From: Candidatus Paceibacter sp.
Lineage (GTDB): Bacteria; Patescibacteriota; Patescibacteriia; S139-126
DNA: 52,318 bases
Direction of reading: 5' to 3'
Assembly: GCA_020724865.1 (NCBI GenBank)
Contig: DYGA01000006.1
Location: 1 to 52,318, forward strand
Positions 29,629 through 39,495 of the stretch are shown piece by piece (the stretch's first letter is position 1; each line of letters opens with the position of its first letter). A program made the position numbers and the translations under genes. The notes beneath the pieces were generated by a model. That model was given only the letters and a program-made list of their open reading frames with translations, ran no database searches and was not told the DNA's origin.

Positions 29629-30384
29629 TTATTCTTTGTCTGTATTTTTTTTCTTTGATTTTTCTTTTACTTTCACTGTTGGGTCAATATCGCTTTTAGT
29701 ATTTTCTTTTAATAGTTGAAAATGTTCTAACAAAATTGATAAAGCATAATCAACTGCATTCTTGGGTGTAATAGAACCATCAGTGACAATATTCATTGAT
29801 AGACGATCATAATTTATATCTTGCCCAACCCGCGCCGGTTTAACTTCATAACCAACACTAACAACGGGAGAAAAAAAAGCATCTAAATATATAACTCCGA
29901 CTTCTTTTTCTTCATTTTTTCTGTCTTCTACCGGTAAATAACCATATCCTTTTTCGACCGTCATTTCCATGTCTAATTCAGCTTTTTTATCTGTTATTGT
30001 AGCAATAACAAAATCTTTATCAATTACTTCAACATCAGAATTTTTGTCAATATCGCCGGCTTTAACCTCTCCAACTTTACCCTTTACCTTTAAGTGTATT
30101 TTAACTGGCTCGTCTGAAGAGCTTTTTAATTTTAAATTTTTTAAATTTAACATAATTTCAACTAAATCTTCCTTAACACCAGGAATAGTTGAAAACTCAT
30201 GGTCAACTTTTTTAACTTTAATTTTTGTTACCGCAGCTCCAGGCAAAGAAGATAATAAAACTCGTCTTAAAGCATTACCCAAAGTTGTACCATACCCAGC
30301 ACTACAAGGCTCAATAATAAAATTTGATTCATTTGGCCCTTTGTCTTCCCAAGATATTTTATTTGGCAACGGTATAATAGACAT
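29629..30384 (-). CDS. rpoA: RNA polymerase subunit alpha (NTD only, about 251 aa)
   Basis: GYGTTLGNALRRVLLSS, HEFSTIPGVKED, DAFFSPV; located between rpsD and rplQ; start chosen at MSIIP (30384). Confidence 0.95.
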   Translation of the reverse strand: MSIIPLPNKISWEDKGPNESNFIIEPCSAGYGTTLGNALRRVLLSSLPGAAVTKIKVKKVDHEFSTIPGVKEDLVEIMLNLKNLKLKSSSDEPVKIHLKVKGKVGEVKAGDIDKNSDVEVIDKDFVIATITDKKAELDMEMTVEKGYGYLPVEDRKNEEKEVGVIYLDAFFSPVVSVGYEVKPARVGQDINYDRLSMNIVTDGSITPKNAVDYALSILLEHFQLLKENTKSDIDPTVKVKEKSKKKNTDKE

Positions 30385-30400
30385 AAAATTTAAATTTATA

Positions 30401-31015
30401 TTATTTAGAATAAAATTCAATAATAGCTCTGGTGTCAAAAAGTAAAGCTTGTTGATCAACTGTCGGTGCAGTTACTAACTTAAATGATAAATTTTTATAA
30501 TCAGGCGCTAACCAGTTAACAATTTCTTGCTTAGTCGGCCATTTTTTTATAATATCTTTAATTAAATTTTTATTTTTTTTATTCTCTTTAACTGCCACAA
30601 TATCGCCAACTTTACAACTATAAGAAGGTATATCCACTTTTTTTCCATTTACTTCAAAAAATCCGTGAGTTACCATTTGTCTTGCTTGAGCTCTAGTTTC
30701 AGCTAATCCAGAACGAAAAACCACATTATCCAGTCTTGATTCTAAAAGTTGTACTAAAATTTCTCCAGTGTCACCTTTTTTAGATAAAGCTTTTTTATAA
30801 TAATTTACAAATTGTTTTTCCATCAGACCATATATACGTTTGGCTTTCTGTTTTTCTCTTAACTGTTGGCCATAAGTAGATAGTCTAACCTTTTGACTTG
30901 GTCCATGAACGCCTGGTGGATAATTTCTTTTTTGTAAGGGACTTTTTGCTTTACCAAAAAGATTAACGCCTTCGCGTCTAGATAATTTATCTTTTGGTCC
31001 TAAATATCTTCCCAT
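30401..31015 (-). CDS. rpsD: 30S ribosomal protein S4
   Basis: MGRYLGP, PGVHG, QLREKQK, LESRLDNVV. Confidence 0.97.
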   Translation of the reverse strand: MGRYLGPKDKLSRREGVNLFGKAKSPLQKRNYPPGVHGPSQKVRLSTYGQQLREKQKAKRIYGLMEKQFVNYYKKALSKKGDTGEILVQLLESRLDNVVFRSGLAETRAQARQMVTHGFFEVNGKKVDIPSYSCKVGDIVAVKENKKNKNLIKDIIKKWPTKQEIVNWLAPDYKNLSFKLVTAPTVDQQALLFDTRAIIEFYSK

Positions 31016-31035
31016 GGTAAAAAAAATTAATTAAA

Positions 31036-31476
31036 TTAAACTCTTCTTGGTTTCTTTTTTCGACAACCGTTATGTGGCAATGGAGTAACATCACGAATAC
31101 TTACCACATCAATATTATTGGCTTGTATGGCTCTAATAGCCGCTTCCCTACCGCCACCTATACCTTTAACCATTACGCTGACTTCTTTTAAGCCATAATC
31201 TTTTACTTTTTCTGCGGCTGTTCTAACAATCACACCTGCGGCATAAGGAGTTGCCTTTTTTGGTCCTTTAAAACCACACTGTCCAGCACTAACAGTTGTC
31301 AACACATTACCGTTCATATCAGCAAAACTAACAATAGTATTGTTGTAAGTAGCTTGAATATAAGCATTACCACGTTTTACCTGTCTTTTTTTCCGACTTT
31401 TTTTTAGTTGCTTAACTTCAGTCTGTTCAACATTATTGTCCTTATTTATATTTGTATTTTTTTCTTGTTCAGTCAT
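31036..31476 (-). CDS. rpsK: 30S ribosomal protein S11
   Basis: TYNNTI, KATPYAA, DVTPLPHNGCR. Confidence 0.97.
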   Translation of the reverse strand: MTEQEKNTNINKDNNVEQTEVKQLKKSRKKRQVKRGNAYIQATYNNTIVSFADMNGNVLTTVSAGQCGFKGPKKATPYAAGVIVRTAAEKVKDYGLKEVSVMVKGIGGGREAAIRAIQANNIDVVSIRDVTPLPHNGCRKKKPRRV

Positions 31477-31486
31477 GTTTTATTTA

Positions 31487-31876
31487 TTAAGTCTTTTGAG
31501 CAGCTTTAGCTCTACCAGATCCCATTGTCTTTCTAACATTCCCTCTAACAGTTCGACTATTTGTTTTGGTCCGTTGACCACGAACTGGTAAGCCTCGAGT
31601 ATGACGAATCCCCCGATAACTAGAAATTTCTTTTAAACGTTTGATATTACTCAAAACCTCTCTTTTTAAATCACCTTCAATTTTAAAATTTTTATCAATA
31701 TAATTTTTGATATCATTCAATTGTTTTTCAGAAATATCTTTGACTTTAATATTTTTATCAATTCCTAATGCAGACAATATTAAATTTGACCTAGCTTTAC
31801 CAATTCCATAAATATAAGTTAAAGCAATTTCTATTCTTTTTTTATCAGGTATGTTTATACCAGCTATACGTGCCAT
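31487..31876 (-). CDS. rpsM: 30S ribosomal protein S13
   Basis: [26 protein letters not shown]. Confidence 0.97.
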   Translation of the reverse strand: MARIAGINIPDKKRIEIALTYIYGIGKARSNLILSALGIDKNIKVKDISEKQLNDIKNYIDKNFKIEGDLKREVLSNIKRLKEISSYRGIRHTRGLPVRGQRTKTNSRTVRGNVRKTMGSGRAKAAQKT

Positions 31877-31891
31877 ATATTTTAATTTAAA

Positions 31892-32005
31892 TTATCCTTG
31901 TCTCTGTTTATGACGAGGGTTTTTACATATAACCCAAACTCTACCCTCACGGCGAATAACTCGACAGTCCTTACACATTTTTTTTACAGAAGCTCTTACT
32001 TTCAT
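31892..32005 (-). CDS. rpmJ: 50S ribosomal protein L36 (missing from ORF track)
   Basis: Manual translation [37 protein letters not shown]. Confidence 0.96.
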   Translation of the reverse strand: MKVRASVKKMCKDCRVIRREGRVWVICKNPRHKQRQG

Positions 32006-32008
32006 AAA

Positions 32009-32290
32009 TTATAATCTTCTAGTTATACGTCCCTTGGTTAAATCATAGGGACTCATTTCAAGTTTAACCCTATCTCCAATAACTAAACGTATCTTAAACA
32101 TTCTCATTTTACCAGATAGATGGGCTAAAATTTCATGGTTATTGTCCAGCAAAACTTTAAAACTCCCAGCTGGGAGCATTTCAATTACTTCTCCCTCAAC
32201 TTCAATAAACCCTTTTTTATTTTGACTAATTGTAGAGTCTGAAGTTGATGTTGATTGTTCGTTATTTTTCTCGTTTAAATTGTCTATCAT
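32009..32290 (-). CDS. infA: Translation initiation factor IF-1
   Basis: [29 protein letters not shown]; has an N-terminal extension. Confidence 0.95.
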   Translation of the reverse strand: MIDNLNEKNNEQSTSTSDSTISQNKKGFIEVEGEVIEMLPAGSFKVLLDNNHEILAHLSGKMRMFKIRLVIGDRVKLEMSPYDLTKGRITRRL

Positions 32291-32391
32291 GAAAATTAAG
32301 CAAAATAAAATTCGTAGTAAAGTAATTTACTAGAATTTACATTGACTTAAGGTGTTTTTTAGTTATACACACTATTTAGTCTGTAGTAAAT

Positions 32392-32419
32392 ATTATAACA
32401 GAAAAGAAATTTGTGTCAA
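32392..32419 (-). promoter_or_regulatory. sigma70 promoter of the infA-rpsI operon
   Basis: Minus strand TTGACA-N16-TATAAT with TG extension. Confidence 0.7.
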
Positions 32420-32472
32420 GAAAATATAAAATAAATGAAATATTTAATATTTTATGCTAAAATTAGCAATAA

Positions 32473-33273
32473 TTATTTTGAAAGGATCAAGCCAACTTTT
32501 GGTCCGGTAGGTGCATTGTCAACCCAATCAGCTATGGCCGATAGTAATTTATCAGTAGTATATACATAGTTTTCTCCATTTTTCGTACCTGGATCATTGG
32601 TGATAAAATAATCGTTATGATAACCTTTTATAACTAACATGTGATATATTGGCCCTTCACCACGAAAATTTGGATTACCCAATAATCTTCCTGCAGCCGG
32701 TATAATAACTGGATTACCTTTACTTAATTCTGATTTTATTTTATCAATATCCAAATCTGAAATAATTTTATAAGACAATTGCCAATAATTTTTAGCAAGT
32801 TCACCGGTTTCAGTCAGATTCAGATCTTTGTGACTGCCATATAATTTCTCTTGATAAACTACTAGGTTATCAATTTCTTTTTTTATCTCTTCGTGTGTAT
32901 AAGCTTTTTTACCATTTAAATACCCTACTACCATCAATAGAGATGCCTCTTCACAGGCTTCTTGATAGGGCATTTTCCAATCAGCAAAAGGTGCTTGCAC
33001 GACAAAAGGAACGTTAAGATTTATACTATTTGGCAAATCTAATTTTTCAGAATCTAAATCATTATCTTCATCAGAACTGATAATTTCTTTTTCGCTACTG
33101 GAAGTACTTTCGTTGGTATTCAATTTTTTATCAAAGTATTCTCTATTTACAGCTTCAGGTAGTGGTGTTGCGGGTTGAAATAAATCTTCTTGCAAAGTCA
33201 ATACAATCACTAATACACTTAGCACCAAAACAATAAGTAATAAATAGCGAATTTTACTATTGAAAATATTCAC
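32473..33273 (-). CDS. Membrane-anchored peptidase C39-like protein
   Basis: N-terminal TM; VPFVVQAP, ACEEASLLM (Cys), HMLVIKGY (His), NDP (Asp). Confidence 0.8.
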   Translation of the reverse strand: MNIFNSKIRYLLLIVLVLSVLVIVLTLQEDLFQPATPLPEAVNREYFDKKLNTNESTSSSEKEIISSDEDNDLDSEKLDLPNSINLNVPFVVQAPFADWKMPYQEACEEASLLMVVGYLNGKKAYTHEEIKKEIDNLVVYQEKLYGSHKDLNLTETGELAKNYWQLSYKIISDLDIDKIKSELSKGNPVIIPAAGRLLGNPNFRGEGPIYHMLVIKGYHNDYFITNDPGTKNGENYVYTTDKLLSAIADWVDNAPTGPKVGLILSK

Positions 33274-33515
33274 TTATTTTTATTTTTATTCTTTTTTAAC
33301 CACAAACTACTTGCTGATAATGCGGCTAATAAACCAACACCGATAGCAAGTTTCTTTTTAGTATTATTGTCCAATGATTTATATTTCTTTGTTGCTAATG
33401 ATGATAACTTCTTTATTTCTGTTAAAATTTTATCTGCTTGCCGCTGAAAATCATCCTTTTTATCTTTAGCAGTATCCTGTTTAATTTTTGGGGTTGGTTT
33501 TACTATTTTTGCCAT
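33270..33515 (-). CDS. Small hypothetical protein with C-terminal hydrophobic segment
   Basis: 81-aa ORF overlapping the next gene by 4 nt. Confidence 0.55.
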   Translation of the reverse strand: MAKIVKPTPKIKQDTAKDKKDDFQRQADKILTEIKKLSSLATKKYKSLDNNTKKKLAIGVGLLAALSASSLWLKKNKNKNK

Positions 33516-33586
33516 ATAACTTTACAAATAATAATTAATCTATTTAAATAATAACAAACCTTAACAATTTATATAAGGAGGTAAGA

Positions 33587-34210
33587 ATGAAATCTCTATT
33601 TGTCTCTATATTAGTAACTGGTCTATTTGTTAATAGTTGCACTTTATATCATACTTATCAACCCCCCACTTTATCTAATGAAGAAATGGCCAGATTGCTT
33701 CGCCACACTATATCTGAAATTTTATTTGATAAATACAAAAAATTTAGTTATGGCGGATATATTTGCGATAAATCAGGTTTACTATTTTATTATGAAGCAG
33801 ATTTGGATACACTTTTTTTTGAGTTCAGTGGTTTTATAAAAAATAGTCTAACCCAGCAAATAGATAGTGGCTATTTTAAAATGTCAATCTATGGTAAAAA
33901 TTTTTACTTTTTTATTTATGATGAAAATTTTTCTGGCCAAAAAATAAATTCTGTATACAAATATATTGACCAATCAGGAGATACGGTAAGTTTATATTAC
34001 AACTACCAAAAAAATTCATTATACTCAAATAGATACTTTACTCTAGAAACTTACGCTTTTTATCTATTGGCCCTAAAAGATTTTTATAATAAACATAATA
34101 TAAAAAAATATTTATCATTGATAAAAACCCCCAATACCAGGGGGTTTTATATTATTTGCCTACAACAGCTTTTATTCTTCTCACTCCAGCTGAAGAGGCT
34201 TCTTCTTTAA
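33587..34210 (+). CDS. Hypothetical putative lipoprotein
   Basis: TAAGGAGGT Shine-Dalgarno at 33574..33582; signal-like N-terminus ending FVNSC; the 3' end overlaps alaS antisense. Confidence 0.55.
   Translation: MKSLFVSILVTGLFVNSCTLYHTYQPPTLSNEEMARLLRHTISEILFDKYKKFSYGGYICDKSGLLFYYEADLDTLFFEFSGFIKNSLTQQIDSGYFKMSIYGKNFYFFIYDENFSGQKINSVYKYIDQSGDTVSLYYNYQKNSLYSNRYFTLETYAFYLLALKDFYNKHNIKKYLSLIKTPNTRGFYIICLQQLLFFSLQLKRLLL
34124..34148. terminator. Terminator after alaS (possibly bidirectional)
   Basis: aaaaccccc-aatacca-gggggtttt. Confidence 0.75.
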
Positions 34211-35912
34211 TAATTTTAAAACTGACTAATTCAGCTGTATTTTCTACATGTGGTCCGCCACATAATTCTCTACTAAACCAATCATTTTCTTCGCCTACTG
34301 TATAAACTTTAACTTTTTCACCATATTTTTGTACAAATAATCCCAAAGCACCTTTTTGTTTTGCTTCAGTAACTGTCATTTCTGTCCACCACACTCTTAG
34401 ATGCTTTTTTATTTGTTCATTTACCATATCTTCAACTTGTTGAATCTCAGCTGGAGTCATTTTGGTAGGATGAGAAAAATCAAAACGTAAACGATCTTTT
34501 GTTATATTTGATCCTTTTTGGGCAACGTGGTCACCTAAAACTTTTCTTAAAGCAGCGTGTAATAAATGAGTAGCAGTATGGAGTCGCTTTACTTCTTCAC
34601 TATGGTCGGCCAATCCACCAGCGAATTTTTGTTCACTACCGACCCGGGAAAGCTCTTGATGAGCTTTTAATTTTTCATAAAATGAATCTAAATCAACCTC
34701 AACTCCCAAACGTTTAATTTCATCAATTGGATAACCATAAGTTGTATAAAGTTGGAAAGCCTCTTCGCCGCTTAACTTACCATTACTAATAAATTGTTTT
34801 ACTTTTTTTTCGCCTTCATTTAAAACTTTGTTAAATTTTTCTTCTTCAATAGAAATTTCCGAAATAATTCTTTGTTTATTTCTAAAAAGTTCCTGATAAG
34901 GATTGTTCAATGTTTCAATCACTACTTGGGCTATATCTTGTAAAAAATAACTATCAATTCCCAATTCTCTGCCTCGCCTTATTGCTGCACGTAATAATCT
35001 CCTAACCACATACCCCTGATCAACATTAGCTGGCACAACTCCTTGATCATCACCCATTATCATTACAGCTGCTCGAATGTGATCGGTAATTATTCTAACA
35101 GCTTTAATATTATTTTTAACAACTGCTAAATCTAAAACCCGATTATAAATTGGTTTTAAGGTATCAACCTGATAAACATCATGGTAATTATTTAAAACTG
35201 CAACCGTTCTTTCTAAACCCATACCTGTATCAACATTTTTCTGCTGAGCTTGAATATAATTACCTGTTTCATCTTTATAATATTGCATAAACACATCATT
35301 CCAAATTTCTACCCAATTTGTTTCATCATTGCCAGGATTGGAACCTTGTGGGGGCAAACCTTCACCTACCCAATAAAACATTTCTGTATCAGGTCCACAG
35401 GGACCAGTTTTACCCGCCGGTCCCCACCAATTATTTTTCTTTGGTAGATAGGCAATTTTATGTTTAGGCACACCTAAAGCTAGCCAAATTTTAGCAGATT
35501 CTTCATCTCGAGGTGCATCCTTATCTCCAGCAAAAACCGACACTGCTATTTTGTTTTTATCAAGTCCTAACCATTTTTCTGAAGTTAAAAATTCCCAAGA
35601 ATATTCAATTGCCTCTTGTTTAAAATAATCACCTAAAGACCAATTTCCTAACATTTCAAAAAATGTCAAATGAGTATTATCGCCCACTTCTTCTATATCG
35701 CCAGTCCTAATACATTTTTGATAATTGACCAATCTATTGCCGCTCGGGTGTTTCTCTCCCATTAAGTAAGGTACTAAAGGGTGCATCCCGGCAGTGGTAA
35801 ACAATACAGTCGGGTCATTTTCTGGAATTAATGAAGCACCATCAATAATCGTATGATTTTTGCTAACAAAAAAATCTAAATATTTTTGTCTTAATTCTTT
35901 GGTGGTTATCAT
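34152..35912 (-). CDS. alaS: Alanine--tRNA ligase (short form lacking C-Ala)
   Basis: FTTAGM, HLTFFEMLGNWS, DTGMGLER, HTATHLL, ELCGGPH, GVRRI at the very end. Confidence 0.96.
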   Translation of the reverse strand: MITTKELRQKYLDFFVSKNHTIIDGASLIPENDPTVLFTTAGMHPLVPYLMGEKHPSGNRLVNYQKCIRTGDIEEVGDNTHLTFFEMLGNWSLGDYFKQEAIEYSWEFLTSEKWLGLDKNKIAVSVFAGDKDAPRDEESAKIWLALGVPKHKIAYLPKKNNWWGPAGKTGPCGPDTEMFYWVGEGLPPQGSNPGNDETNWVEIWNDVFMQYYKDETGNYIQAQQKNVDTGMGLERTVAVLNNYHDVYQVDTLKPIYNRVLDLAVVKNNIKAVRIITDHIRAAVMIMGDDQGVVPANVDQGYVVRRLLRAAIRRGRELGIDSYFLQDIAQVVIETLNNPYQELFRNKQRIISEISIEEEKFNKVLNEGEKKVKQFISNGKLSGEEAFQLYTTYGYPIDEIKRLGVEVDLDSFYEKLKAHQELSRVGSEQKFAGGLADHSEEVKRLHTATHLLHAALRKVLGDHVAQKGSNITKDRLRFDFSHPTKMTPAEIQQVEDMVNEQIKKHLRVWWTEMTVTEAKQKGALGLFVQKYGEKVKVYTVGEENDWFSRELCGGPHVENTAELVSFKIIKEEASSAGVRRIKAVVGK

Positions 35913-35978
35913 ATTTTCTACAAAAGTATATAAGTATATGTGATTATAAATATAAATTACATTTAAAGCAAATTATAA

Positions 35979-37058
35979 CTATTGTATAATTCCCCCTCCT
36001 AAACAAACATCGCCCTGATAAAAAACCACACTTTGTCCTGGGGTTACTGCTCGTTGCGGTTCTTTAAATTGAACTGTTAATAATTTATTATTTTTATCTA
36101 AATAATCAATGATTGCTTCCTGGTCGGCTTGACGATAACGGATTTTCGCTTTTACTGTCAAAGGAAATTTTGTTTGTTTAACTAACCAATTAATATTACT
36201 GGCCACTAATTCTTTTTTATAAAGTTTTGGATGATGAGCTCCTTTAACCACATACAAAATATTCTTTTTCATATCTTTATCTACTACATACAAAGGCAAA
36301 CCCGTACCTCCAACCTTTATTCCCCGCCGTTGGCCAATCGTATACCAAGCCAATCCTTCATGGCGGCCAATAACTTTTTTACTTTCGGCATCAATAATAT
36401 CACCTGGCGTTGCTTTGATGTATTGGGATAAAAAAAGCCGTAAATCAACCTCACCAATAAAACAAATCCCTTGGGAATCGGGTTTATCTTTGGTAGGCAA
36501 TTTCATTTGTCTAGCTAGATTTCTAATTTCTGACTTAGTATAATCACCCACAGGAAATAAAACATGTTCTAATACTTGAGGGTTAATTCCGTATAAAAAA
36601 TATGATTGGTCTTTATTTTGATCTTTACCTTTTAATAATTGTACGCCAGACTTAATCCTTTTAATCCGAGCGTAATGACCAGTAGCAATATAATCTACGC
36701 CTAGAGATAGAGCTTGCTCAAAAAAAAGTTTAAATTTAATTTCTGAATTACATAAAATATCTGGATTGGGTGTACGACCAACTTTATATTCAGAAAAAAA
36801 ATAATCAATAACTTGACGTTTATACTGTTGTTCAAAATTAAAAACTTCTAATGGTATATTTAATTTTTCTGCTACTGCCTGGGCATCGGCTAAATCTTTC
36901 TGCCAAGGACAATCATCAAGAACTGCAAAATTATCTGACCAATTTTTCATAAATACCCCGATAACTTCATAACCTTGCTGTAATAATAAAGCAGCGGCCA
37001 CTGAGGAATCAACGCCGCCGGACATACCAACTATTACTTTTCTTTTAGGCTTAGACAT
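35979..37058 (-). CDS. mnmA: tRNA 2-thiouridine(34) synthase
   Basis: SGGVDS, TPNPDILCN, ATGHY, KDQSYFL, DSQGICF, PGQ. Confidence 0.97.
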   Translation of the reverse strand: MSKPKRKVIVGMSGGVDSSVAAALLLQQGYEVIGVFMKNWSDNFAVLDDCPWQKDLADAQAVAEKLNIPLEVFNFEQQYKRQVIDYFFSEYKVGRTPNPDILCNSEIKFKLFFEQALSLGVDYIATGHYARIKRIKSGVQLLKGKDQNKDQSYFLYGINPQVLEHVLFPVGDYTKSEIRNLARQMKLPTKDKPDSQGICFIGEVDLRLFLSQYIKATPGDIIDAESKKVIGRHEGLAWYTIGQRRGIKVGGTGLPLYVVDKDMKKNILYVVKGAHHPKLYKKELVASNINWLVKQTKFPLTVKAKIRYRQADQEAIIDYLDKNNKLLTVQFKEPQRAVTPGQSVVFYQGDVCLGGGIIQ

Positions 37059-37070
37059 TAAAATAAATTG

Positions 37071-37871
37071 TTAGACTAAGTAATTAAAAATAAAAAGTAT
37101 AAAACCAAGGATTAATCGATACCAAACAAATATTTTTAAATTTTTGTTAGTTAAAATTTTTAAAAACCAAGCGATGGCAAAATAACCAGAAATAAAACTG
37201 GTCAAAAACCCAATACTTATATTGAGTATAATAAATTCTTCTGGTTGTTTTATAAGTTCTATTAAATTTAATAGTCCGGCAGCAGCAATTAAAGGTATAC
37301 TCATAATAAAACTAAATCGAGCAGCCAAACTCCTAGATAGAGACTGAAACAAACCAGCTGTGATTGTAATACCACTGCGAGACGTTCCGGGAAGTAAACT
37401 TAAAACTTGAGCCAAACCAATTATCAAACCTTGTTTCCAATTCAGTTCCGATAAATCTATTAGTTGATTTTGTTTTTTTTCTATATAATTATCGGCCCAC
37501 CACATTATCAGCGCCCAAAAAACTAAATTAAAAAGTACCAATCCGGGCAACCTTAAATCATTACTAATAAAATCTTTTGCCAAAAAACCAACTAATCCTG
37601 CTGGCATAATACTTAATAAAATTATTAATAAAACTTTTTTGTTCAACTTATCATTTTTATCAAACAAACCTGTAAATAAAGAAAAGATATCTTTTCTAAA
37701 ATAAATCAAAACAGCTAATAATGTGCCTAGATGCAAAAAAGCATCAAAAGCTAAACCAAAATCAGATAAATTAGTAAATTTTTGTAACAAAAGCAAATGC
37801 CCTGATGAAGAAATAGGTAAAAATTCTGTTAACCCTTGAACTAAACCTAAAATTGCTGTTTCCCACCACAT
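37071..37871 (-). CDS. uppP: Undecaprenyl-diphosphate phosphatase
   Basis: QGLTEFLPISSSGHL, PGTSRSG. Confidence 0.96.
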   Translation of the reverse strand: MWWETAILGLVQGLTEFLPISSSGHLLLLQKFTNLSDFGLAFDAFLHLGTLLAVLIYFRKDIFSLFTGLFDKNDKLNKKVLLIILLSIMPAGLVGFLAKDFISNDLRLPGLVLFNLVFWALIMWWADNYIEKKQNQLIDLSELNWKQGLIIGLAQVLSLLPGTSRSGITITAGLFQSLSRSLAARFSFIMSIPLIAAAGLLNLIELIKQPEEFIILNISIGFLTSFISGYFAIAWFLKILTNKNLKIFVWYRLILGFILFIFNYLV

Positions 37872-37928
37872 ACGATAAAATTATAAATTAAAAATTATAA
37901 ATGTGTTGCAATTTAAGATTATTTTAGA

Positions 37929-39428
37929 TTATTTTATTTCCACTATGCTATTTTTTTCTAAAGCTTTAAGAGCTAAATTAATTCTATCCTGACTTTGGGC
38001 ATAAAGTGTAAATAATTTATCTTTGACTCTTACTTTATCTCGATAATGAACATGCATATGAATTCCGGCTATTTTATCAGTAGGCGCACCTAAGTTGACA
38101 CAGATCTCATTTATCGCTCTGTTGTTTATGAAAATAACTCGTCCACTTTTTTTGGCGTGAATTTCGTAATTTAAAGCGCCTAAAGCTACTTCGTCCGAAT
38201 CAATTTCTGGATTGCCACCTTGAGCTTCTATAATTTTTTTCATTTGTCTATCCGCATCACCACTGGCCAGTTGTCTTTGAGCAATCTTTGCTCCCCGGCC
38301 AACTTTACAATAATCAGCTAATTCTAATAAATAACCTGCCAATTTAACAGCCTTATTTTCTAAATCAATTGGTCGTAAATCCTTTTGTTGTAAAACTCTC
38401 AGTACATCTCTTGCTTCCAAAGCAGGACCAATGCCACGACCAACCGGCTCGTAAGAAGGAGTTCTTATAACTTTTATTTTCATGCCAAATTTTTTACCTA
38501 AAAAAATAAATTTTTTTTCAATTTCATCAGCAAATTTATTCTTAGGTATTTTTGTGGTTGGGCCGACGGGTAAATCAAGAACTAAATAATCTACACCCAT
38601 AGCGACTTTTTTTGCCATAATAGATACGATCATTTTATCGTATGGCTCAATTCCTAATGGTCTAGTAAGACGAACAATTTTGTCATCAGCTGGAGCCAGA
38701 TTAACACCACCTCCCCATACCATACAGGCGTGCACTTTTTTAACTATTTTTTTTATTTCTGACATAGAAAAAGTAACTGGTGCTAAAACTTCCATTGTAT
38801 CAGCCGTTCCTGAAGGTGAAGTTATGGCTCGACTAGAAGTTTTAGGAATATAAAGACCCAGTGAAGAAACAATTGGAACTACTATCATAGTAGTTCTGTT
38901 ACCAGGCAATCCGCCAACCGAATGTTTATCAACTGCCGGAACATTTAAATTTAACATCTCGCCAGTTTCAGCAACAGCTTTGGAAGTATAATATAATTCA
39001 TCTAATGTATAATCACGTAAATAACTTGAAGCAACATAATAAGTGGTTTCAATTTCCGATAATCTATCGTCAACAATGTCTTTAATAATTGAATATATTT
39101 CTTGATAATCAAGTTTTTTTCCAAATAACTTTTTTCTAATTGCTTGGATAGATGGCGGACGAGAAACAATTTCAACTTCAACAACATCATTTTTTATTTG
39201 TATATCTTTTTTATTCCATAATTCTTTAAATAAACCTATTTCTCCTGGTTTTACCTTTGAGGCTGTAGTTCTAACCTCAGCAATTCGTTTTAATTTATTA
39301 TTCCAAGTCAATTGAATTCTATCACCAGGTATTACCCCATAAAATTCAGCTTCTTTTTCATTTATTACAACTACAGGTTCATTGCCAGTTGAAAAATCAA
39401 GTTTTTTTAATTTAAGAAAAAAAGACAT
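37929..39428 (-). CDS. AMP phosphorylase (archaeal-type thymidine phosphorylase family)
   Basis: Extra N-terminal domain; DKHSVGGLPGNRTT, KTSSRAITSPSGTADTME, GIGPALEA; adjacent to RuBisCO. Confidence 0.92.
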   Translation of the reverse strand: MSFFLKLKKLDFSTGNEPVVVINEKEAEFYGVIPGDRIQLTWNNKLKRIAEVRTTASKVKPGEIGLFKELWNKKDIQIKNDVVEVEIVSRPPSIQAIRKKLFGKKLDYQEIYSIIKDIVDDRLSEIETTYYVASSYLRDYTLDELYYTSKAVAETGEMLNLNVPAVDKHSVGGLPGNRTTMIVVPIVSSLGLYIPKTSSRAITSPSGTADTMEVLAPVTFSMSEIKKIVKKVHACMVWGGGVNLAPADDKIVRLTRPLGIEPYDKMIVSIMAKKVAMGVDYLVLDLPVGPTTKIPKNKFADEIEKKFIFLGKKFGMKIKVIRTPSYEPVGRGIGPALEARDVLRVLQQKDLRPIDLENKAVKLAGYLLELADYCKVGRGAKIAQRQLASGDADRQMKKIIEAQGGNPEIDSDEVALGALNYEIHAKKSGRVIFINNRAINEICVNLGAPTDKIAGIHMHVHYRDKVRVKDKLFTLYAQSQDRINLALKALEKNSIVEIK

Positions 39429-39495
39429 ACAAAAAAATTGTTAATTTTAATTTTATTTACCTATCATTAAGCAAGAATTTTAAAAAAATCTAATA

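Noticed and set aside
32342-32369. Plus-strand promoter-like TTGACT-N16-TATACA suggesting an sRNA in the infA upstream gap
   Set aside because: Imperfect -10 box, no downstream ORF or structured RNA seen; plausible by chance in AT-rich DNA.
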